From Pseudomonadota bacterium (GTDB taxonomy: Bacteria; Pseudomonadota; Gammaproteobacteria; Burkholderiales; Burkholderiaceae_C), in NCBI GenBank assembly GCA_021841865.1, contig JAKCDM010000002.1, positions 2,071 to 66,070 on the forward strand: DNA of 64,000 nt, read 5' to 3'. The notes under the pieces were generated by a model. That model ran no database searches. It was not told the DNA's origin and was given only the letters and a program-made list of their open reading frames with translations. Below, one piece after another: positions 29,785 through 38,727 of this stretch; the first letter of the stretch is position 1, and each line of letters opens with the position of its first letter. The position numbers and the translations under genes were made by a program.

Positions 29785-30834
29785 TCAGTCCTCGCGCGCC
29801 TGCAGCAGCTTGCCGTCGCGCAGCCCGGCCAGGCGCAGGTGGTAGCCGATGGGCAGCAGGCGCAAGGCATAGCGGCCCTCGACCGCGCCCCAGATGCCGC
29901 GCGGGAACAGCAGCGCGAAGCCGATCGCCAGCAGGCCCAGCCCGATCAGGTACACCACGCCGGTGGCGCCGAACCAGGTCTCGGCGGCGAAGAACAGCAC
30001 CGCGCCGATGATCGGCCCCTCGAAGGTCCCGAGACCGCCGACGATGGTCATGAACAGCATGTACGCGGTCCACTGCGGCCCGAAGAAGGTCGCCGGCTGG
30101 TAGGTGATGGAAGTGGCCAGCCACAGCGCGCCGCCGGCCCCGCAGCCCAGCGCCGACAGGAAGAACAGCACGTGCTTGCTGCGCAGCACGTTGACCCCGA
30201 TCGACGCCGCCGCCGTCTCGTCGTCGCGCACGGCCTGCAGCGAAGCCCCCACGCGGCTGCGCAGCAGCACGAACAGCACGCCGAGCAGTACGACCACCAG
30301 CCCCAGCGCCATCCAGTAGGTGTCGGCGCGGCGCACCGCCGGCGCGTAGGCGTCGATTCCCAGCAGCGAGGTGCCGGTCTCGCCCTGCACGATGGGGTCG
30401 ATGGTCACCAGCAGGTGCAGCAGTTCGGCCAGCACCCACATGCCGATGGCGAACTCGCCTCCGCCGAGCTTGAGCATGATCTGCCCCAGCGGAAGCGAAG
30501 CCACCCCCACCAGCAGCACCGACACCAGCAGCGCCGCGTACACGTCCATGCCGCCGGCCGACAGGCGCACCAGGAAATAACCCCCCAGCCCGATGAAGGC
30601 CTGCTGCCCGATGGACACCAGGCCGCCGTAGCCGGCCAGCGCGTTCCACATGGCCGCCAGCAGCACGTAGATGAACAGCGTGGTCAGGCGGTCCAGCCAC
30701 TCCGGACGCATGAACAGCGGCCCGAGCGCCAGCACCAGCACGAGCACCGCGACCACCGAGACGAAACCCACCGAACGCGGCGTCCAGCGCACCACCTGCG
30801 CCGCGCCGGCGCCCTGCACTGCCTGCTGCGTCAT
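29785..30834 (-). CDS. Liv-type ABC transporter permease (LivM-like)
   Basis: WNALAGYGGLVSIGQQAF, AVRDDETAAASIG and IVGGLGTFEGPIIG motifs. Confidence 0.9.
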   Translation of the reverse strand: MTQQAVQGAGAAQVVRWTPRSVGFVSVVAVLVLVLALGPLFMRPEWLDRLTTLFIYVLLAAMWNALAGYGGLVSIGQQAFIGLGGYFLVRLSAGGMDVYAALLVSVLLVGVASLPLGQIMLKLGGGEFAIGMWVLAELLHLLVTIDPIVQGETGTSLLGIDAYAPAVRRADTYWMALGLVVVLLGVLFVLLRSRVGASLQAVRDDETAAASIGVNVLRSKHVLFFLSALGCGAGGALWLATSITYQPATFFGPQWTAYMLFMTIVGGLGTFEGPIIGAVLFFAAETWFGATGVVYLIGLGLLAIGFALLFPRGIWGAVEGRYALRLLPIGYHLRLAGLRDGKLLQARED

Positions 30835-31748
30835 GCCCGAGCTCCCTGAGGGCGCGCGGCAGCGGCGCGCAGGCGCGGCCGGCGCAGGCGCCAGACTTTC
30901 GAATACACCCTGAGCACGAGCACGGCGAGGAATACCGCGTGACCGGCGATCAGGAAACCGATGGGGTTGATCTGCGCGCCGATGCTCTGCGCCACCCCCA
31001 GCACGACGCCGCCGAGCAGGGTGCCCCACAACGAGCCCGTGCCGCCGATGACCACGGTCTCGAACGCGAACAGAAGCTGGCTCTGCCCGGCGTAGGGCGC
31101 GAAGGTGCTGCGCATTCCCAGGAACAGCGCGGCGACGGTGATCAGCAGCATGGAGATCGCCGAGGCCGCCGAATACACGGCGCGCGAGTCGATTCCGATC
31201 AGGTTCACCGCATCGGGATCCTCGGCGGTGGCGCGTATCGCGCGCCCGATTCCGGTGCGCGACAGCGCCAGCTGCAGCGCGCCGAGCACGCCCACCGCGG
31301 TGCCGAAGGTCAGCACGTCGAGCTTGGACACGTACAGGTCGCCGGCCAGCTGCCAGCTGTCGTAGGACAGCGAACCGATGTTGGGAGCCAGCGAGCGCGT
31401 GTCGGCGCCGAAACCCTGGAACAGCAGGTTGTCGATCACGATCGACAGCCCGAAGGTGGCCAGGATGGGCACCAGCATGCCCCCGCGCAGGCTGCGCTGC
31501 AGCAGCAGTCGGTTGAGCGCCCAGCCCAGCAGCGCCATCACCGGCATGACCATCAGCGTGCCCGGCAGCACGCCGACGCCGAAATGCTTGCACGCGCTGA
31601 AGATCAGGTAGCCGGCGAGGATGGCCAGGCTGCCATGCGCGAGGTTGACGATGCGCATGACGCCGAACAGGAAGGACAGCCCGCTGGCCAGGATGGCGTA
31701 GTAGCCGCCGAGCAGCACGCCCTGGATGATCTGGTTCAGGAATTCCAT
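30831..31748 (-). CDS. Liv-type ABC transporter permease (LivH-like)
   Basis: QGVLLGGYYA, GVMRIVNLAHG and GRAIRATAED motifs. Confidence 0.92.
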   Translation of the reverse strand: MEFLNQIIQGVLLGGYYAILASGLSFLFGVMRIVNLAHGSLAILAGYLIFSACKHFGVGVLPGTLMVMPVMALLGWALNRLLLQRSLRGGMLVPILATFGLSIVIDNLLFQGFGADTRSLAPNIGSLSYDSWQLAGDLYVSKLDVLTFGTAVGVLGALQLALSRTGIGRAIRATAEDPDAVNLIGIDSRAVYSAASAISMLLITVAALFLGMRSTFAPYAGQSQLLFAFETVVIGGTGSLWGTLLGGVVLGVAQSIGAQINPIGFLIAGHAVFLAVLVLRVYSKVWRLRRPRLRAAAARPQGARA

Positions 31749-31758
31749 GGGTTCTCGC

Positions 31759-32490
<732 letters not shown>

Positions 32491-32512
32491 GGGTGTCCCC
32501 TTGTCGTCCCCG

Positions 32513-33266
<754 letters not shown>

Positions 33267-33274
<8 letters not shown>

Positions 33275-34577
33275 ACGGCAGCAGCTTGGCCTGGATCGCC
33301 ACCTTGGGATCGTCGGCGTGCTCGACCGTCGGGAAGCTCAGCGGGAAACGGCTTCCCGGCTTGGACTTGACCCACTGCGAGCCGATGATCGGCGCGGTCG
33401 CGACGTTGGGCACCGGCCCCTTGGGGAAGTTGATGCGCCCCACCGTGGTCACGGTGTCGAGCACCTTCAACGCGGCGGCGACCTTCGCCTTGTCCTTCGG
33501 CGCGCCGCTGTTCTTCAGCGCGGCGAAGCCCGCATCGATCAACGCCAGCGAGGCGCCGAGCTGCTGGGTCCACTGCTTGCCGGTGGCCTTCTCGTAGACG
33601 TCGACCAGCTTCTGGCCACCCAGTCCGACCACCGGCGACACGTACGGGAAGGCGGGCGACCAGTAGGCTCCCGACGCCACCTTGAATCCGAGTTGCCCCA
33701 GCGCCGCGATGTCCGACGGGAACAGCCCGAACTTGGCCGGCATGACGATCTTCAGGCGATGCGTCAGCCCCTGCTGCGCGGCCTGGCGCAGGAAGGTGAT
33801 GAAGTCGGGCGGGATCGGCGCGCCGGTGATGATCTGCACGCCCTCGGATTTGAAGCGCGAGATCTGCGACGAGAAGTCGGTGGTGCCGTCCTGGTAGGCA
33901 CCCGGGTCGACGATGGTGTAGCCGCCCTTCTTGAGCTCGGGCACCAGGTGCGCGCGCAACGCGTTGCCGTCGGCATCGTTCGGGTACAGCACGCCGACCT
34001 TCTTGTTGGTCGGCACCAGCGCCCAGGTCGACAGGTACATCTTGGCGAATTCCTCGGTGCCGAACGAGAAGTGGTAGGTCCACTTGAACGGCGACGGCTC
34101 GCCCGGCTTGGCGCCGCGCCCGAAATACCACGACTCCCACGGGTCCACGGTGGACAGGCAGGGCATGCCCGAGGCCTCGCAGGCGTCGGCCACCGGGTTG
34201 ACCACCTCGGGCGTCGACGTGGTCAGCATCAGGTCGATCTTCTCGTTGTTGATCAGCTGCTTGGCCAGCTGGCTGGCACGCGACGGGTCGGACTGCGTGT
34301 CGCGCCCGATCAGCTCGATGGCGTAGGTCGTGCCTCCGATGCTGACTCCGCCGGCGGTCTTCTTGCGCACCAGGTCGAGCACGAAGGGATCGGCCTCGCC
34401 GAAACCGCCCAGCGGGCCGGTCAGCGGGCTGATGAAGCCGATCTTCAACGTCGGCTTGCCGGCGGCGACGGCGGAGGCGGGAAGCATCGCTCCTGCGGCG
34501 GATGCGCCGGCCAGCGCGACCAGTTGGCGGCGCGAGGTGTCGACCTCGCGATGGGCGGATTCAGGCTTGCGGGGCAT
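33267..34577 (-). CDS. Tat-exported Liv-type substrate-binding protein (probably aromatic ligand)
   Basis: SRRQLV twin-arginine signal; KIGFISPLTGPLGGFG and DTQSDP motifs; GGAG RBS. Confidence 0.88.
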
Positions 34578-34602
34578 GTTGGGGTCTCCAGGTATTGTCA
34601 AA

Positions 34603-34625
34603 GGCGGGGTGCGTGGCACCCCGCC
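34603..34625 (-). terminator. Hairpin between porin and SBP genes (weak terminator or mRNA stabiliser)
   Basis: GGCGGGGTGC-GTG-GCACCCCGCC, followed by TTT on the minus strand. Confidence 0.45.
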
Positions 34626-34630
34626 GGCTG

Positions 34631-35638
34631 TCAGAACGGGTGCACCCAGTGCACGTTCAGCACCGTGCCTCGGGCGTGGTTCTTGGCCTGAACCTGATCG
34701 TACAGGTTCACGAACCACATGTTCTTCTCGTCGGCCTTCCAGAACACGCCGGGCCCGATGGCCAGCACCTGCGCCTTGCCGGTGTCGCCATAAGGCATCG
34801 ACACCGGCGTGGCTCCCGACTGGTAGCTGTAGGTATCGTTCGTGAACTGCTCGAAGTAGTAGCCGTTCAGGCCCACGTGCAGTTCGGGATTGACGGCATA
34901 GGACGCGGTGAAGTTGATCCACCCGGCCTGCCCCGCCTTGTCGCTGCTCAGGCCCAGGTGCGCCGGGTCGCGCGGGTTGTTGTTCGAGAAGTTGTACAGA
35001 TAGTTCAGGCGCCAGCTCAGCTCGGTCTTGGGCGTCGGCAGCCAGGTGCCGGCCCAGTACGGATTGATCGACCAGAAACCCGAGCCCGGGTTGATGTCGT
35101 AGGCCGAGCTGTATTTCCCGGTGGGCACGATGACGTCGAGCTCCATGCGCTGCGAGTACACCGGCCGACCGCCGCTGAACACCGGGTCGAACTGCAGGTA
35201 GGCGCCCAGCGTGAGGTCGCCGAAGCCGTTTTCCGAATTCAGCTTGTTCGGCGACGTGGCGTCGAAGCTGGGATCGAATCGCAGCAGCGGAAGCAGCCCC
35301 GTGAAGCCCAGGTGCGCCGAGCCGCCGAAGAAGGTCTTGTCGGTGGTGTAGGCGAGCTGGTTGAGCATCAGCAGCACGTCGATGTTGGGATTCTTGAACC
35401 CCGGCGAATCGTTGCCGTTGTTGTCCTCGACATGGTTGAGGTGCTGGTACTGGTAGTAGCCCAGGTACGCCAGGCCCGGCTTGGTCGCGCCGAATCCGTC
35501 GAAAAAGCTCGTGCCGCCCAGGTTGATGCCGGCCGGCTCCAGGTTGCCCGCCTGCGCCGTCGGCAGCGCGCACGCGGCTCCCAGCGCGAGCGCGCCGAAT
35601 GCTGCGCGCATCCATGTGCTACTTGCATTGCCCTTCAT
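34631..35638 (-). CDS. SphA/MetA-pathway (Phenol_MetA_deg) outer-membrane beta-barrel
   Basis: Signal peptide; NLGGTSFFDG, GFGDL, PTGKY and IGPG motifs; aromatic C-terminal F; first gene of the uptake operon. Confidence 0.8.
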   Translation of the reverse strand: MKGNASSTWMRAAFGALALGAACALPTAQAGNLEPAGINLGGTSFFDGFGATKPGLAYLGYYQYQHLNHVEDNNGNDSPGFKNPNIDVLLMLNQLAYTTDKTFFGGSAHLGFTGLLPLLRFDPSFDATSPNKLNSENGFGDLTLGAYLQFDPVFSGGRPVYSQRMELDVIVPTGKYSSAYDINPGSGFWSINPYWAGTWLPTPKTELSWRLNYLYNFSNNNPRDPAHLGLSSDKAGQAGWINFTASYAVNPELHVGLNGYYFEQFTNDTYSYQSGATPVSMPYGDTGKAQVLAIGPGVFWKADEKNMWFVNLYDQVQAKNHARGTVLNVHWVHPF

Positions 35639-35765
35639 CTTGTCGTCCTCGTGTGGTTCTTGTGGTGACTGGCGAACTCTCGGACAGGCTCCGGATGCAA
35701 GCATCCCCCTCGGCGCCCGAGCACCTGGCTCATGCATCACGCTCGCGTGGCTGGCAGGCGGGGGC

Positions 35766-35832
35766 ATTATGTTTGGCTGCCGCGGCTTGTCGTAGAGGCC
35801 TGTGCGCCTAGCAGCTATCGCGATTCGATATG
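35766..35832 (-). promoter_or_regulatory. Putative LysR-activated promoter of the porin-ABC-vdh-calA operon
   Basis: -10-like CATAAT (plus-strand ATTATG, 35766-35771) and the motif CTAGCAGCTATCGCGATTCGATATG (35808-35832) containing TATC-N7-GATA. Confidence 0.65.
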
Positions 35833-36093
35833 AGGGATAACCCGCAGCCCGCCCCTCCCCGCGGGGGCCCGCGGCGCAGGCCCTGCGTCCAGTTGCCCGC
35901 GTCGCCCGGTACCCGTGATTCACGCATGGGTCATGGGCTTCTCACGCCCCGCCAATCCCCGGGGTAATGCACTCGCATCTAGCATGACCATGGCAACGCG
36001 CGCGCAGCGAGCTGGCGCGGCCGAGCCACCAGGGGAGTTCCACGACAAGGCCGCGAAGGCCGGTACGCAGCACGACCCATACGGTGCATCGCC

Positions 36094-36789
36094 ATGAAAA
36101 AGCTTCTCCTTCTTGCCCTCTGGGGCATCTGCTCGCTCTGCCAGGCCGGCACCGGGTATCACGTGACCTTCGTCAACGAAACCGACCTGCCGCTGACCAT
36201 CGAGTTCCACCACAAGGACGGGTGGTACGAGAACGACTTCGGACAAGCCCATACCATCCAGCCCCACCAGCAAATCGAGCTGTACACCGAAAACAAGGCC
36301 AAGGGTCCCGGCGTCGTGGGCGTTCGGGTATCAAGTGGCCAATACGAAGGAAGTCAGATCGAGGTCTGGCAGAATTTCCGCGGAAGCGCCAAGCCGCCCT
36401 TCCAGTCGACCCACAGCATCCAGACCGCGCAAACGTACTATCTGCGCTCGTTGGACATGGGAGGGATCCTGGAGCACAACGTCGGCACCAATAATCCAGA
36501 CATCATCACGAAAATCAGGGGAACGGAAGACGGATTTTTCAACACAGCCTATGCCACGGTGATTTTCCCGCGATTCGCCGCAGCGGCCTCGTGCGAGAAG
36601 TTCCGGGTGAACGGCAATATCGCGTCTGGCTATTGCTACAACTCCGGCCCGCTGATCGAGCGCCGATATGTCGAAGTCGACACCGCGCAATGCAGCGCGC
36701 GCTACGGCGACAAGTTCAACATCGACAACGTGGACGGCGTGCTGACCTGCATCCCGCAGAAACCGCCGATCGGCAGCGCACACCGCTGA
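36094..36789 (+). CDS. Secreted protein with an unknown beta-rich N-domain and a C-terminal CVNH-like (cyanovirin-N) repeat
   Basis: Sec signal MKKLLLLALWGICSLCQA; C-terminal F...SC..FRVNGN..SGYC...VD...C......IDNVDGVLTC fits the CVNH pattern SC..i.l.g..l.a.C...ld..c...i.N.DG.L.C. Confidence 0.75.
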   Translation: MKKLLLLALWGICSLCQAGTGYHVTFVNETDLPLTIEFHHKDGWYENDFGQAHTIQPHQQIELYTENKAKGPGVVGVRVSSGQYEGSQIEVWQNFRGSAKPPFQSTHSIQTAQTYYLRSLDMGGILEHNVGTNNPDIITKIRGTEDGFFNTAYATVIFPRFAAAASCEKFRVNGNIASGYCYNSGPLIERRYVEVDTAQCSARYGDKFNIDNVDGVLTCIPQKPPIGSAHR

Positions 36790-36798
36790 TCGCCCGGC

Positions 36799-36827
36799 CC
36801 GGCGGGGCGTGGAACAGGCCCCGCCGG
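36799..36827 (+). terminator. Hairpin after the CVNH-like gene
   Basis: CCGGCGGGGC-N9-GCCCCGCCGG; no U-tract. Confidence 0.4.
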
Positions 36828-37084
36828 TGATACGCGGCACCGCGCTGCAACTGCGAAATACCCCTGAACATCCGCGTCGACTGGGTGTCAAAGGCACGAT
36901 GTTTCGCGAAGCTCTCGCGCGGCCGCACTTATATCCTCGTTGAAACCGAGGACAGGGGGCCCCGCTCCGGCGTTTATTGACCACACGAAACCGAAGTTTT
37001 CAGAAGCTGCCTACCATCCGGCACATCGATCGCATATTTGCCGATCACGCAAATGGGGTCGCTGGGACGGGGGAGGCCCGGAAG

Positions 37085-38485
37085 GTGGAAAATCCGCAAA
37101 AGCTTTTGACATACCAGCAGCTTTTCTATTTCTCCCTGGCCAGCCTGGGCTTGCAGGCGGCCGGCGCATTCGAGGTCAACAACGCCAGCGGGCTGTTCAA
37201 GTTTCTCGGAGCCTCCGACCAGCAGGTCGGCTGGCTGTGGTTGATACCTCCGGTCACCGGGCTGATCGTGCAGCCGGTGCTCGGGCAGGTCAGCGACCTC
37301 GTCGATACCCGCTACGGCAGGCGAACCCCGTTCATCTACGGCGGCGCCGTGCTGGCCTGCCTGAGCCTGCTGGTGCTGTCGTTCTCCGAGGCACTGTGGC
37401 TGACCGCGGCGATGGTGCTGTTCCTGAGCTGCAGCATCAACTGTTCCACCGAGGGCCTGCGCTCGTTGACCGGCGACCTGACGCCGAACCGGCAGAAGTC
37501 CAAGGCCTTCGCGTGGCAAGCCGTATTCGGATCCCTGGGGGCCATGATGGCCAGCGGCATCCCCTGGCTGCTCAATGCCACCCACCTTTTCGTCCAGCCC
37601 AGCGAAGCGGGTTTCAGGATTCCCGCCGTGCTGAAGGTCTCCTTCTTCGTCGGCGCGCTGATCGTGTTCCAGACCGCGCACGCGATGGTGCGTCGCGTCC
37701 GCGAGCCGCGAGGACAGGTCGCCCAGGTCGCGCAGGTCGCGCGCCCACGGGTCGGTGTGCTGCGCTTCTGCGCTCGCCTGGCCTGCGAGCTGTACGACAA
37801 CACCCGGCGAACTCCTCAGGTCATCAGGCGCATGTTCGTCGTGCAGGTGCTGACCTGGGCCGGGCTGTTCTGCGTGTGGATCTACTTCGGCCTGGCGCTG
37901 GCGCAAACCGTCTACGGACTGCCGCCGGGGGTCGACGTGTCGTCGAGCGCGCGCTACCAGGCTCTGCTGACCAGGGGGGTGATCCAGTCCGGGGTGTGCT
38001 TCGCGATCTACCAGCTGGTCGGGGTTGTCTACACCCTGGCGCTGCCGGCACTCGCCGACCGATTCGACCCCAATCGCGTGCACGCCGTGTCGCTGCTGGC
38101 CGGAGCCGCGGCGCTGCTTTCGATGCCCTTGCTGGCGAACATCTGGTACGTCTACGTCGCCATGATCGGCTTCGGCATCTTCTCGGGCAGCCTGAACACC
38201 CTGCCCTACGCCATCGTGGCGGCCGAGGTGCCACCTCGCAGGATGGGCGCATGCCTGGGCATCTTCAATATCACGATCACGATTCCCCAGATCCTCTGCG
38301 GACTGGTGATCGGCCCGCTGAACCGCTCGCTGTTCGGCAACCATGCGATGTTCACCATCGGGCTGGCCGGAGGGCTGATCGGCGTCGCCGGAGTCCTGCT
38401 GCTGCGCCAGCAGGGCATCGATCTGCTGCGCATGGTCTACGACTGCATCGCCCGCCTGCTCCGCCAGGGCGCCCGCGACGCCTGA
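37085..38485 (+). CDS. SLC45/sucrose-maltose-type MFS sugar transporter
   Basis: LGLQ...FE, LGA......LWLIPPVTGLIVQPVLGQVSD...YGRRTPF and GIFNITITIPQI motifs; GTG 37085 has a GGAGG RBS (ORF track starts at TTG 36977). Confidence 0.85.
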   Translation: MENPQKLLTYQQLFYFSLASLGLQAAGAFEVNNASGLFKFLGASDQQVGWLWLIPPVTGLIVQPVLGQVSDLVDTRYGRRTPFIYGGAVLACLSLLVLSFSEALWLTAAMVLFLSCSINCSTEGLRSLTGDLTPNRQKSKAFAWQAVFGSLGAMMASGIPWLLNATHLFVQPSEAGFRIPAVLKVSFFVGALIVFQTAHAMVRRVREPRGQVAQVAQVARPRVGVLRFCARLACELYDNTRRTPQVIRRMFVVQVLTWAGLFCVWIYFGLALAQTVYGLPPGVDVSSSARYQALLTRGVIQSGVCFAIYQLVGVVYTLALPALADRFDPNRVHAVSLLAGAAALLSMPLLANIWYVYVAMIGFGIFSGSLNTLPYAIVAAEVPPRRMGACLGIFNITITIPQILCGLVIGPLNRSLFGNHAMFTIGLAGGLIGVAGVLLLRQQGIDLLRMVYDCIARLLRQGARDA

Positions 38486-38727
38486 CCCCGCTGCCCGCAG
38501 GCGCCGCGCGCGGGCGTGGCGGACCCTCGCGGGCGCGCAGGCTCGGCCGCGCCCGGCGGCGATCGGTCTGAGTATGATCTGGATCAACGTCGCGATCGAC
38601 GCACCGGGAACACTAGCAGCCTGCTAGGAACCATGGACCGGGGTGGCTTCGACGCTTCGGCTTCCTCCCGCATTAGCCGGTTTCCGAGGGGCATACCTTG
38701 CGTGCCAAGCGTCCACACGACTGCTCG

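Noticed and set aside
35991-36006. TGGCAA-CGCGC-GCGCA as a sigma54 promoter for the CVNH-like gene (also CGGCAC-GCGGC-ACGCA at 59431)
   Set aside because: GG-N10-GC spacing fits, but the TTGC element is missing and such matches are frequent in GC-rich DNA.
36040-36090. GACAAGGCCGCGAAGGCCGGTACGCAG, loosely like the c-di-GMP-I riboswitch P2 region
   Set aside because: Lacks the GGCAAA, GAAA tetraloop and GACGCAAAG conserved residues and a P3 stem; would need an Infernal RF01051 hit.
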